Of a stretch of 64,000 nucleotides of DNA, positions 37,334-51,283 are shown one piece after another (the stretch's first letter is position 1; each line of letters starts with the position of its first letter). A program made the position numbers and the translations under genes. Source of the stretch: Callorhinchus milii (lineage: Eukaryota); the NCBI RefSeq assembly GCF_018977255.1, contig NW_024704743.1, forward strand, positions 66,590,001 to 66,654,000, read 5' to 3'. The notes below the pieces were generated by a model that was not told where the DNA came from, did no database searches, and saw only the letters and a program-made list of their open reading frames with translations.

Positions 37334-40300
37334 TAAATAACAGCTTTGGGAGTGAGAAAAACAAGCAATGCCCTCAATTAAACATACGTCAGGGGAAGGC
37401 TCACCTCCAGGTTGCACTACTATTGTCTAAACGGTTTAACATTTCAACTGAAGGACGGCACCTCTGAAAATACAGCAGACCCACAGCACTGCATTGGACA
37501 TCTTAGATTATATGTTTCGCCCACAAAATATACAGTTAATTCACTTTACAGTATATTCTGTGAAGCAATTTGAGACATCTCGAAGACATGATAAGGCACT
37601 ACATCAAGGATTATTCTTATTATTATATCACTTCCAAGACCCGATGTGGGTCTTAAACCCGCAAATTCTCACTACCAACTGACACACTGGAGAATCAAAG
37701 GATATAAAACAGTATCAAAGGATACACAATAATAAGGTATAATAATATATTGTATATGTGCCTATAACATCAAAACAATTCACAGAAAATTACAATAGCC
37801 TCTGTGTATTTGGACAACAATCTGTGTATAGGAGTTCTAACAGCATCCATGAAGTGAATGATCAATCTATTTGGAGTATGTTTGACCAGAACATAGGAAG
37901 AAATTTGTTTCTCTGTTCAAATAGGGATCTTTTAACATCCATCTGCATAAGCAAATGGGACATTGTTTTAATACCTCATCCAAAGGACAGTACGTCCAGC
38001 AATGTTGCACTTCACCCTGCAATGCACTGGAATCTCAGCCAAGGCTAAGAGTTAACTTTTGCTTTGCGGGTCTTAAACTCATAATCTTCTGATCCAGTGT
38101 TGAGAGCATTACCAACTAACTGATCTAAATTAGCAAATGTGGGAAATTAAGTCATTGAAAAGTTACCATACGCTAATACAATTGTGTAGCAGGCTTAATA
38201 AGGTGAATAGCTACTCCTCCGAGCCTAGGCTGAAATTACAGTGCATTGCAGGGTGAAGTGCAACCTTGTTAGAGGTACTGTCCTTTGGATGAGGTGTTAA
38301 AACAATGTCCCATCTGTTTGTGCAGGTGGATATTTGTAAGTGTGTATTGGCCTTGGTGGAAGCAGTCTGAGAGGCCAATGATTCTTGCAGTGCGAGGGGA
38401 GACAGAAAAGTGCTGAACCACAGGGAGGAAAATACTGGACAGGAAAAGCCTTGACGTCATTGTAAAACAGAGTTGCTAGGCAGCAAATTTAATTTAGATC
38501 AAACTTTTTTTTGCACACTAACTTAAAATCCATTTACTGTCAGCTTCAGATTAAGAAATTAAAATAACTTACTTATTATATCACTTTTGCCTCTTGTGAC
38601 GTGTGGGGGGGAGGGGGAGCGGGAACTGACAGCAAGATATCCCTCGGGGAATTAACACATCCTATTCCACCAACTTTTTTCTGCAGAAGTTCAACGGGTT
38701 GTATAATGTTGGGGGTGATAATTGGAATAATGTAGTTATTATTTACACAGATAAAGTGTTTCAGGTACAGGGGATGCATCACTCACTGCCCTTCAAATTT
38801 GTGCAGCCTGCTTTGATGTGGTTGTTAGGCTGGAGTAAAATTTGTGTAACTGCTTTGATGTCACATTCAATTCAGAACTGCCAGAAGCAGGAATTGTCAT
38901 AGCCCACAGTGCAGCAGGATGTCTTTCTTATACAATCTGCATTCGAAGAGATAGAAAAAAGTCTGCCTGACAAACTGAAGCTGCAGAAATCTGTAACCAG
39001 TTCACTGTTAGAATGCCAAAAAGGAAAATAGGACATTTCTCCACAGTCTTTTAGTGATTTCCAGAGAATATTAATTTCTAAAGCCCTTATGTTCAATACA
39101 TTTCCCAATTAGAAACACATACAGCATTTCTTTCACCATCTCAGTTTAAATTACCATTGGAATTTACAGAAAAGGAAATGTACCATGTGTTTCCTTCATT
39201 TTGCCTGCAGTTCACCCACAACTAACTTAAACAGTCACTATATTCTATGGTAAATCCTGTGAAGTGATTTCAGACATCCTCCTGATGTGAAACGTAATAT
39301 ATAAAATGCAAGGATTATTATTGTTATTGTTATTATTTATTTCCTTTTCTGCTACAAATGCAAATTTCAGTGTTAATTTCAGTGCATTAAATAGATTCTA
39401 ATGAACCATATATTTATACAGGTAGGTGGTAATGATAAGTTTAATGACACAACCTTGACACAATTCACAACCTTTCTTATAACAAAAGAAAAGATTGTGT
39501 TATTATTCTCAGGGTTGAATTTTCACTTTTAAATTGTGTTTACTCTGCTAATAGTAAAACAGCTTCAAACCCTACAGTATAGCAAATAGGAGTTGGTAAT
39601 TTGACTTGTATCTCTTGGTTATACATCAAAGCAAACACTCAATGTTGCAGTTTTTCCACGTGCACAGATTAACACACTAAAATGAGATGTTAATCTTATT
39701 AAAGAGTCACCCAATAGGCAATCCAAAAGCATAGAATTACAGCATGAAAATAGGGCTTTTGGTCCAACTAGCCCATGACAGTATTTATACTCCACCTGAG
39801 TCTCCAACCATTCGAATCCCTTCTCCCATACCCTTCTATTTCCTTTCCAACATTAAACAGTATTAGAAACATATAAACAGGAGTAGGCTATTCAGCCCCT
39901 CGAGCCTGTTCTGCCATTTTATGAGATCATGACTGATCTGTACCTCAAGTTCGCCCTTGCCCCATATCCCTGACCTAAAAAATATGTATCCACCTCCGTG
40001 TTGAAATTATATCGAGAAGCTTTTTACCTTTGCCAATTAACATATGTGTCAGTTTTATATCACAGACTTAATTCAATATTGCTTTGTCAGAGGATTATCT
40101 GCACTTTAAAACTGGAGAATTTATTTTACTAATTTTCTTGCTTCAGTTTTTGAAGGCACTATCTCTTGCTGGGGTAAACCAGCAAACAAAGAGTTGTGAG
40201 AATGTAGAACACTAAGCCCCAGAAGACCATAGATGCAGAATCAATTGAGTTGATTCAAACAACTTGACCAATTTAGGTCTCATAAAAACTTCAGGACCAT

Positions 40301-42334
40301 GGGCATAAAAGTTGAGTTACATCAGTATTCCCTGACCGAGCAATGCAATGCTAAGATCCATACACCAGCAGCTTGAAAGTACTGCTGACCACACTGAGTT
40401 GAGGGGTGATGGCTGTTCAGTTATTAACTGGGATGTCAACAGGAGTGGAATGCCCCATTATAAAATAAATATCAACCATACGAACATAAGAAATGCTAGA
40501 CAAAAAAAGACCAAGGTCCATCTCGAAAAAACACCAACGTACATGATAGAAAAAACAGTTTTTCTTCTGGTTATCCTGATTTATATTCCACGCTAAATTA
40601 TGTCATTGATTTTGGGATGTTGTTGGTGCAGAATAGATGCCGTAATTGACGATAAAATAATCAATTGATTTCTGATCATTTGTTTTTAAGTGTTTTTTAC
40701 ATGAAAGCTGCTATATAAGTTGTTAATGCTGTTTCTTTCTAATACAGCTAATGTAAGTGATTATGTCCATAGTTATCTATGACCTAGTTGCATGTTGAAG
40801 ATAATAAACTGTGTAAGTTCTATAAAAGTTATTGGGCTATTTTGAGCAGCCAAATGGTTATTACATGTAAAATTCTTACAGATCATATGCTGTAGGGCTT
40901 CAATAAAATGCTTTAGGTAATAAATGTTTGGTGGGATATGATTTTATGAAAACAGTGGGGTTCCTTTTGGAATAATTAACTCAGTAGCAAGAAAAAATAA
41001 TATGCATATATTTTTAATAAACTTTGAAGGTAACTGAGTATTTGTTGTTTGATTAGGACTAGGTGATAAAACAAGAACTTAAGAATGTTAAAGATGACTT
41101 TGAATTGTGAAAGGTAAAATGCAAATTTTGGATTATCATCAATATTATATTATTAAGCAGTCAAGAACTTTTGGTTTCTGAGAACATGCAATAGATTTCA
41201 TGACTCAGAAAAGGTTTATCTTAATAGTTAAGTACAAGAAAGTTTTAAGTAATTATCACAGGAAATCATTTTCATTAAAATAGCACTTTAAAGCTCTGGA
41301 AGATATAATTGCTGGCAGTCTTTCTCTAAATTTATGTTAGACTGCAAGCATTTAAAAATCACTTACTATAGAAAATATACCCAAATGCAAATTAATTGGC
41401 CTCTCATCTCATTGCTTGTGGGATGTTGTTGGCACGGATTAGCTGCTCCGTTTGTCTATAATAACGTTCACTTGATATCTGTTCAATTATATTTTCAGCC
41501 TAGTTCAGGTGGCATGCCGCATGATGTTTGGAGTTTGTACTCAAATAGTCTAGGATGACACTCCATTGCATGCTGGGGGTATACTGCATTATAGGAGGTG
41601 CCATCCTTCAGACGAGATTCTAATCAGGTGTCTACCTGTTTAGATGGAGATTAAAGATCCCGAGAACCTATTCTGTAATGCGGAGAAGATTTTCCCTTTG
41701 CCCTGGCCAACAATCCCCCAAATAAAACTGAGAATTCACTTCGGGGAAATCCACAATCATTTGTGATAAATTTGTCACTAGGATGTAAATCCCCGCATCA
41801 CCCAGTCTCCCTTTATTCAATGTTCTGACTCTATGTCATATTGTTGTGCACAAATAGTCTGCCACCTTCTCCAACAAAATACACAGTCACACCACTTTAC
41901 AGTATGTTCTGTGAAGCACTTTGAGACATCTCAATGAGATGATAAGGTACAATATCAAATGCAAGGAATATTATTATTATTATAGCAATCAATTATATCG
42001 GTCCCATTTCTATTCTAGTTTGGAACAGTTAACGCAGTACACTTAATTAAGTCAATTCACTTGACAGTATATTCTATGAAGCGCTTTGAGACATCTCGAT
42101 GACATTATAAGGCGCTATATCAAATGCAAGGATTATTGTTATTATTAACCTTCCTCGTCTTGAGAAGCTTTCTTTACCCTTATATCTTACTCTTTGTTTT
42201 ATGTTGTCCGAGTATCTCTCTATCCACGTAGTCTCATTGCTTTTAATTCCATTTGCCATAATCTTTGTTTTGAAAGAATTTGGGGGGGAGGATTTTTTTT
42301 TGTCTCAAGACAGTTTGTGGGAGTCCTGTGGACT

Positions 42335-42580
42335 GTGGAGTCCTGTAGCTCAGTGGTTAGGGCACTCGCCTTGCAAGCGAGACATCTGGGTTCAATTGCA
42401 GGCAGGGTGAAACCCTGGGCAAGTTTCCTTACTCCACACGCCTAATAATAATCCCTCCAAAAAAACAATAATAAATTGGTCATTTTCAATCAATTCACTT
42501 TACAGCATATTCTGTGAAGCGCTTTGAGACGTCCAGAAGACGTGAAAAGCTCTATAACAAATGCAAGGATTATTATTATT
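42335..42580 (+). mobile_element. Young SINE with an internal deletion
   Basis: Jumps from cattttcaat to caattcactt, at tcaat microhomology. Confidence 0.88.
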
Positions 42581-43399
42581 ACACTTTGCAGTATTTCCTG
42601 TGAAGTGCTGTGACATGTCCTCCTGACGTGAGAGGCACTATTTCATATCTAATGATTATAATTATTATTTTGTAAAGGTGTTTTTTGCACAGTAGGTGCT
42701 ATATTGGTGAAAATTGTGATAGTAGCCTGAATTAGAACAACCGAAAATAAAGCTCAACTAACATTAAGCCATTGCAATTATTCCTTTTTATTATCCTTTG
42801 GGACTTGTACGGATGACTCAAAGACTGCAGCTTGATCACTGTGTAACAGTCCTTCCTCCGAGTATTGCTTCAGAAGTAAATTGAAAGGGATGTTATTGTC
42901 ATGTGGGCACCACTGAGTTTGTGTTCTGTTAATTGTCCCGACTGGTCTCAGAACAGAAGCCATGCACAGTATTATATTTTATATTTCCCACTCTACAATT
43001 GGCAACAGACACATTTAAAAGCCTGAAGAAAACTATTTTAAGAGTTGCATTTTTGCTCCGTTACACTGACCTGTGCCATTAAGACAATACTTTATATTGA
43101 TGCACAAATGTTAGTCAGCATGTTTCTTCTTTTAAAATATGGTTATGCATCAGTTACGAACTCATCATTGTATTGTGGTTAGGGTAACCTCTGGTTGTTT
43201 CTTGTCCCATTCTCCTGTATTTCCTTAAAGGTAGAAATCTGTAAGTTCTGTGTCTCAAACAGAAAAAAAATTCTGCTAATGCGTTACCTTCTACGCAACT
43301 GGTTTAGAATTCTACAGTGTTGCAGCACCAAAACATGGCATTTCATTATAATAAAAATCATTGCACTGCACAGGATTTCATTCTAATATATATTTGTGA

Positions 43400-43710
43400 C
43401 TCTGTATTTGTAAGCGAGTGCAGCAACCAATTTGCGCACAGCAATGTTTCACAATCAGCCATGAAGTGAATAATTAATATATCTAGGGGATTGTTGGCCA
43501 AAACACTGGGAAGAACAACCTTCTCTTTTGAGCAGTGCCATGGGATCTTTAAGGTCCACCTGAACAGGTAGACGGGATCTTGATTTAGCATCTCATCTGA
43601 AGAATGGCACCTCCAATAATGCAGTGTTCCTCCACCACTACAGTGGAGTGTCAGCTGAGACAATATGATTTCAAAGTCCCAACTTGGGGCTTGAACCCAC
43701 CACCTTCTGA
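43400..43710 (-). mobile_element. Deu-domain SINE
   Basis: Reverse complement: gatgagatgctaaatcaagatcccgtctacctgttcaggtggaccttaaagatcccatggcac. Confidence 0.7.
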
Positions 43711-44119
43711 TGGTTCATCAAGATTTTGCTGGTGTTTTCCTTCACATGAGACACATAATCTAATCTTGCTCTTTTCACATCCTTCAGTAAGCCTCTTCTT
43801 CAAGCACTCGTCTAATTTCTATACCTAACAACATTTGTTACCCTTCAAAATAACCATTTTTGCTTAGAGACATTTTGATGTGCTAATATGTTATATTTAT
43901 TGCAAATATTATCTATTATTGTTTTCTTCAGGATCATTAACCCTTTTCCTAGTCATTAAAGTGAGGTCCCATCTGCCTTGTAATTCAGGCTGACTGTGGT
44001 AAGGGATTCCTTGTAACTATTTTAAGGAAAAGTAAAGCATTTCTCCCTGTTGCCCTTGCTAATATCCCTCTCTCATCTAAATTAATCCCCAAAGAATTCA
44101 GATTACCATATTTGGTTGC

Positions 44120-44563
44120 ACACCATCGCACCAGTCCTTGCCAGACTCCAATGGCTCTCAATTACTGAACGGATCGATTTCAAGATCCTCTCACTCATTT
44201 TCAAATCTCTTCATACCCTCGCATCTCCATACCTATTAGTCCTGCTTACCCCGCACTCCACCACCCACTGCTCTTTGCTCTGCTGGCTCCGGCCTCTTGT
44301 TCATCCCTCATCCCCTCTGCTCAACCATTAGTGGCCGTGGCTTCAGCCACTATGCCCAGAATCTCTGGAACTCTCTCCCTCAATCCCTCAGCCTTGCTCC
44401 CTCCCTCCCCACTTTCAAATCACGCCTAAAGACCTTCCTTTTTTGATCGTGAATAACCTCCCCCTCCCTTCTCCCCCTGACTTGGCATCAGACTCCAGGA
44501 CTCCCCAGTGCTCTGGGACGTTACCCCGTGTGAAGGGCGCTATATAAATGCAAGTTGTTGTTG
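44120..44563 (+). mobile_element. L2 LINE 3' fragment
   Basis: IAPVLARLQWLSITERIDFKILSLIFKSLH, ending in (TTG)n. Confidence 0.85.
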
Positions 44564-45534
44564 CACATTTCACTCGTGTTTGTGTGATATTGCTGACACA
44601 AATTAGCTGCAGTGTTTGCATACATGAAAACTTTAATTTCATTTCAAATAATTCTCAGTAAAATATCAATAGTGCTGAACAAATATAAGTATTGGTTGTT
44701 ATTATTGTTCTCTGACTATAACACAGGCATATAATCAGCTCCCCAACTCTTACACTGTCTTCAACACCCACAGTGTACAGACAAAATTTAGAACATCTTG
44801 CTATTAAACAAATTAACTATTAATAATATAATATAACAATAATCCTGGCTTTTGATATAGCGACTTTTATGTTAGGTGGACATTTGAAAGTGCTTCACAG
44901 GTTATACTGTAATGTGTAATGACTTGTATTTTATAGGTGAAATATTGAGCAAAAAAGCATGATGGTGTCCATTTATCATGAGTCCCATTTAATAGGAATC
45001 TTATTAATAGGAACATGTTTTGGGCATAACCGTTCCCAGTCCATATACGCCAAGCATTTCATCAGAGGGGAAAAAGACATGTAATGGATCTCAAGAAGAG
45101 TTTAAAGACTGGTTATTGCTTTATAGGCACAATTCATATTCAGCACTACACTCAGTGTATTATTAGCTAAAAAGTAAGTACTTTTAAAAAAACTAATTAG
45201 ACAGTTTAATTTGCATTGATGTTAGCTACTGTGACTCATTATGATCACTATTCAGATTGTTCATCAACAGCTGAAATACAGCTTGTGTGATTTTTAAGTA
45301 CAGTTTACATGAACAAAAACAATTTAGCACAATAAACCTATGTCCAATGGAATCAATAGGTAATTTTTAAATTTGTCTACCTTTATTGATAAGTCAATAA
45401 TTTTCATTCTAAGGAACCTACCTCCCTCCCTGCATCATTGGCTATAGTTTTTAATTCTATTAGGTTATTAGGGATTTAAATCAACATTTGTTACTCAAAG
45501 GGGCGTTTCTATAATAGGTTTCTGTATTACGTGC

Positions 45535-45860
45535 TGAGAGGATAAATGGTAAGGAACTATTTCCGCTGGTAAATGATTCGAGGACAAAAGGGCATGAATT
45601 TAAGATAATAACCAAGTGTGTGAAAGGGGAGGTTAAGAAAAAACATTTCTCCCAGTGGGTTGCCAGAGTGTGGAATAAATTGCCAGGGAAGTTGTAGGAG
45701 CAGACTCAAATGGTGCATTTAAAAGAGAGGAAGGCTATTAGAACGTACAGGGAACAAGCAGGGAGTTGGGAATAGAATAAATGACTTCGTTCGAGGAAAC
45801 AGAACACTAATATAATGGATTGAGTGGCTTCCTACTGAGGTGCAGATTTCTATCGTTTTA
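45535..45860 (+). mobile_element. CR1 3' fragment
   Basis: aggacaaaagggcatgaattttaag...cagtgggttgccagagtgtggaataaattgcc. Confidence 0.6.
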
Positions 45861-45937
45861 TTGGATTTGGGGACCTAATGATGTGCATGAACATTTTTTA
45901 TGATATATTTCCTGTTGATCGCTTATTCCCAGTAACA

Positions 45938-46241
45938 TTAATAATAATAATAATCCTTGCATTTGATATAGCGCTTTTCATGTCTTCTAGACAGAATATG
46001 CTGTAAAGTGAATTGACTGTATGTTTGTGGGCGAAACACAGCAGCCAATTGCGCACAGCAATGTCCCACAAACAGTCGTGGATTGAAAATGACCAATTTA
46101 TTATTGTTTTGTTTTGGAGGGATTATTATTAGGTGTGTGGAGTAAGGAAACTTGCCCAAGGTTTCGCCCTCTGCCTGGAATTGAACCCAGGTCTCTCGCT
46201 TGCAAGGCGAGTGCTCTAACCACTGGGCTACAGGACTCCAC
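45938..46241 (-). mobile_element. Young tRNA-derived SINE with a small tail deletion
   Basis: Reverse complement of the consensus. Confidence 0.9.
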
Positions 46242-46679
46242 ACTGCAGTAGGTGTGCATTCAGATCCTATATTGTGACTTTCATCATCGCTGATTCCATA
46301 TCATAATTGACATGGCCACAGGATAATGATTATTATTTTCATTTGGTTTTAAAAAATACTTTTTTTTGGACGTGGGGTCTTCCTCCCCTCCACTCCGTAT
46401 TATTACTATAAATACTGACTCTTGCTGGGGTAGTTTTCTGGGTTCTAACAGGACTCCTGAGCCTTATATAAGTGTCCATTTATCAATAGGCAATTGTACA
46501 ATGCAGGGAGGATAGGAAATCAAAGGTCACTCTGATGCTGGTCTTCACCAACACATACTATCTCTCAGGAATCACAGGATAGAGATTAGAGCTAGCAACC
46601 TTAAGAAGAAAGAATAATCTGTGCACTTGATGCAACATCTCTTATGTTGAAATGTCTCAAAATGCTTCATAGAGTTTTT

Positions 46680-47000
46680 TGTAAAGTTCAATAATTGGAT
46701 TTCATAGGAAATTGTGGCTGTCAAGTTACACACAGCAATGTTCCACAAACAGTCCTGAATTGAATCACAAATTTTCTCTGGGGCTTTTCGGACAGGACAA
46801 TGGGAGAAAACTCCTCTTTTTTGAATAACATCATGGGATCTTTAAAGCCCAGCTGAACAGGCAGATAGAAGCTCAGTTTAATGTCTCATCCAAAGGATGG
46901 CACCTCTGACAATTCAGGACTACATTTGAGTGTCAGCCTAGACTATGAGCTTAAAGTCCCAATGATGAGCTTGAACTCATAACCTTTTGTCTCCAAGCTG
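46680..47000 (-). mobile_element. Deu-domain SINE
   Basis: catgggatctttaaag...gtttaatgtctcatccaaaggatggcacctctgac. Confidence 0.65.
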
Positions 47001-48809
47001 GTCGATTAATGCTCCTTCTAGCTAATTCTTGTATCTCTAATGCACACCCTTGTTGGTGATCAGATAACTTTGCACAGGCCACAAGCAACCTTATGCTCTT
47101 CTTCTTCATCTTTTTCTGTAACATAAAGAATAACAGCTATATGATAGTGAGTTGAAAGCAGTGATCCAATCATTTGAGTCTGTTCCATTCATGAAATGAA
47201 AATAACTTTGCTCTTGTGGTTTCAGACCACCATCAGCACTATTTGATTCAGTAATGTTCATGTATCTCGTTGACAACTGTCTGTTATATTTATACTTCAT
47301 TTCTTTTTGAAGAATGAGTACAGTTGAAGACAATTGCCATCTGAATACATTGCATTGAATGAGAAATGTGAATTCAGTTCAGATGGCTGGTTATCACATT
47401 GTATATCATTTTTCATCAGTGTCAGGTTGCAGGCTATATGCTGATGTGACATCCACAGTACAAGAGGCCACAGTATTAATCAATGCCTTTGGGAAGTTTC
47501 TACACATTTAAAGGACAATGCTGAAGGTCACAAGAATAGAAAATAAAACATTGTGACCTGTAACAATCTAGAATAATACTAGTAATAATTACTATTATGG
47601 ATTCTACCTAATACAGAAAATACAATTACACGATGCAATGCATTAAATCTGCTTTGCTCTGTTTATACTGGTATAATTTGGTGACACTCAAATTCAAAGA
47701 AAGCTTATTCTATTCAAAGAATAATTGTAATAAATAATATATACTGTATTATACAAATCATAATCCTGAGATTAATATTGCCTTTCACATCAGGGGGACA
47801 TCTCAAAGCACTTCACAGGATTTACTGTAAAGCGGAGTGACTGTATTCCATGTAAAAATGCCCACATCAATTATTCCTGAACTTCTATTTCATTTGATCC
47901 ACAAATCTCTAAAAGTAGCTATACAGGTTGATAAGGCCAGAAAAAAGGCTAAAATTCTTGCGCTTTATATTTAGAGGGATAGAATGGCCGTTGTGCAAAC
48001 TGACTGCTGCGTTTGCCCACAAAACATGCAGTATATCCATGGAATACAGTCACTCCACTTTACAGTAAGTCCTGTGAAGTCCTGTGAAGTCTTGATGTTA
48101 AAGGCGATGTCAAATCTTAAGATTCTGATTTATATAATACAGTATACGTTGTATATTACATTATTCTTTTGAAAAGTGCCTTGGGACATCCTCCCAATGT
48201 AAAAGGCACTATACAAATGTAATTTGTTGTTATTGTTTACAGTATATCCTATGAAGTGCTTTAAGACATCTAAACAATGTGATATGGAGCTATACCAAAT
48301 GCAATGATTATTATTAATTATGATTAACTCGATTGACTTAACTCAATCAGTATCAATTCAAGTCAAATTGATCTTAGGAACCAAACCATTGTGCCAAAGT
48401 CAGATGGAGATCGGGGAGAGAGGCATCCGGCATCACCAGTCTTTAGGAATGAATGGAAAATGTGATGTTTGATAATGATTTCAATGTGTTCAAAATCTTT
48501 TATGAAAGGTGACATTTTTCACCTAATTGTACTGAATGGAAACACGGTGAGCTGAATGGCCTTCTTCATGTTATAAATTAAATAGACATAAAGAAGTATG
48601 CCATGAGAAAAGCACATTGACCCATCAAACCCATTAATTATACAAACTATGCATATTTCGCCCTATCATGAGTCCACTCCACTCATTCATTATACAGGGA
48701 AATTTCTATTTAAATCCCCAAATGTAATCATGCAAGAATGCCAGAATATTCATAGATCCCACCTCTCCCCCACCCCCGGTTGCAATGAATGCTTTATCAT
48801 TCACTGAGA

Positions 48810-49140
48810 TATCTCAAAGTGATTCATAGGACATACTGTAAACTGGTGTGACTGTATTTTGTGTATGAAGGCAGCAGCCAATGATCCACAAATAGGTGAA
48901 ATGAGTGACCAATTTTATTTGGTGGATTTTTGGACAGGACACCGGGAGAAACTCCCTTCCCTTTTCAAATAGTGGCATGAGATCTTTAATGTCCACTTGA
49001 ATAGATAAAAAAAGCCTCAGTTTTATGGTTCATCTGAAGGACAGCACCTCTGACAATGCAGCACACTCCAGGACATGGGTCAGTCTAGACTATATTGCAT
49101 TCCAAGTCCTGAGGTATGATATTTCGCAGTCAGAGGTCTC
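48810..49140 (-). mobile_element. Deu-domain SINE
   Basis: Deu-domain motifs on the minus strand. Confidence 0.6.
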
Positions 49141-50179
49141 TTAGTTGCAAGATTGAGGAATATACATCAAATAATATACAATTAAACTTGGAATACTGGA
49201 TTTTGAAGGCCTTAATTGAGATTCATTGAGTTCTGTGAAGATGCTAATTTTTTTATTAAAAAAGTATGTGGAATGCAAATATCCATAGAATGATGCATTA
49301 AATACAACAGCTGCATAACACAGTTCCACAGTGTTTACTGCAGCAGATGCCATGATGCACCAGTGTAACAAATCTTCACTAATTGGTTTATAATTGACCA
49401 AATTTATCTTTTGATGTGTGGCCCCTAATGTCTGGAACAACCAATTTAAAATCTGCTCAAAAAAAAAGATCAAATCAATGACATGACACCTAAGGTTAAG
49501 AGATTAGCTGTGAGAATATATCTCGCAGCCCTAATGTGCAGTTTCCCAAGGGCATTCTGCATATCATTATCTTAAAATCAATCAAAAATAACTGACCCAA
49601 GCCAACCATCATGAAACTGTCCTTCATAATTCTCAGACATATTTTCAGGCTGAATTGGAGTTTATGTTTCAACAATTTGGTCAACCGGGTATCTGACACA
49701 TGCGGAAAACAATGACCGTTCTTAAGTGTAACGAGACTGAGTTCCAAATATGAATAATTATAATAAATAATAATTCTTGCATTTGACATTTCATCTTTCA
49801 CATGTAGAGAACATCTAAAAGTGCTTCACATGATTCATTTTATTACTATATGCTGCAGTGACAGTATATTTTGTATGTGAACGTGGCAATTAATTTACGC
49901 ACAGCAATGTTCAACAAACAGCCATGAATTGAATGAATAGTTTTATCGAAGGGTTTGTTGGCCAGAACACTGGGATAAACTCCCTTTTCTTTTTGAATAC
50001 ACCATGAGATCCATAACATCCACTTCAACAGACAGCTCAGGCCTCAGATTAATGTCTCATCTCTAACAATGTAGTGCACCTCTAGTACTGCACTGGAGGG
50101 TCAGTGTGAGCTCAAAGTTTTAGTCATCAATGGGGACTGATTTAACATAACATACTTCCCAAATCAATTGAGTTCAGAT

Positions 50180-50715
50180 CCTCAGAAGTCATTCTCAAAC
50201 TATATAGTTCTCTGGTCGGGCTGTACTTGGAGAGTTACATGTCATTCTGCTCACCATAAGGGGCTGCCCAGGCACTAGAGGCAGTGTAGAGGAGAACAAC
50301 AAGGATGATTCCCAGGAGTAGAGGAATGAACTACGAGCAACAATATAGATGAGCTCGGGCTGTTCAGCCTTGAGAGAAAACATTTTAGAGGAGTCCTTAT
50401 AGAGGTGTATAACATTTTCGATGGAATTGAAAAAGTAAACACAGGTCAATAGTTTAGGATGCGTCACAACAGCAGAACAAGAGGACCCAGGTTAACATTG
50501 CAAATGACAATTTCAGGACAGACACCAGGAAGTTTTTCTTTACCCAGTGAATAATTAGAACTGGAACAGGTAGGTTGGTTGAGGCCAGGACACTGGACTC
50601 ATTTAAAAACTGCTTCATGCTTTGATGAGAAGAAGATAAAATGGGAATTCTGGACGGATGAAATCAGATGGCCCAAAAGGCCTTTTCATGTGAATAAATG
50701 AAGATCTTGTGAACT
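50180..50715 (+). mobile_element. CR1 LINE 3' fragment, uninterrupted at the VQRRATRMI motif
   Basis: ALEAV*RRTTRMIP..LGLFSL.. followed by a CR1 3' UTR. Confidence 0.75.
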
Positions 50716-51142
50716 CATTCTCAAACAGGAGGGGATCAGATACAATTAAAACAAATGGGAATAGACATGCAAAACAGAAGTAACATTTAAAATGCATTTC
50801 AATTTCATGTCAATTGCAAAACAGTGTTTTCTAAAAAATTCTAAGAATTAAGTTACTGCTGGCTTGGAATAATATTTGTACTGTAATATTTGAAGATTTC
50901 CTCACCTGAAAGTCTTTTAAACAAGTTAATAATTGAATTGGATAAAAGTACTGGTTAAAATCAAAGGTTAGCAAATACATCAAGCAGCACTTCTGGATTA
51001 AACCGACTTGGTCATGATTAAAATAATAATAATCGTTGCATTTGATCAATAATAATAAGCCTTATCACGTCTTCAAGACATCTCAAAGTGATTGGTTCAC
51101 CGGGAACAAATAATTCATAACACCGTTTCATAACATAAATAA

Positions 51143-51283
51143 TTATTTGGGGAGGACAACTTTGCAGGGCTATGGGGAGACAGCGGGGGAGTGGGATTGA
51201 TTTGGATAGCTCTTTTCAGAGAGCCGGCACAGACACGATGGGCTAAATGGCCTCCTTTGTGCTGTATAATAATTCTATGATTC
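51143..51283 (+). mobile_element. CR1 3' end
   Basis: Closely similar to 36645-36788. Confidence 0.8.

Noticed and set aside
38600..38660. Promoter (gtgacgtg plus G-rich tract)
   Set aside because: No CpG island or identifiable downstream first exon; the motifs alone are insufficient.
38930..38990. Paraoxonase exon (FEEIEKSL resembles FEEAENSL)
   Set aside because: Similarity does not extend on either side, and no other PON exon was found.
47106..47333. PH-domain-like ORF (DSNDWITAFNSL)
   Set aside because: Single weak motif with no convincing splice sites or partner exons.
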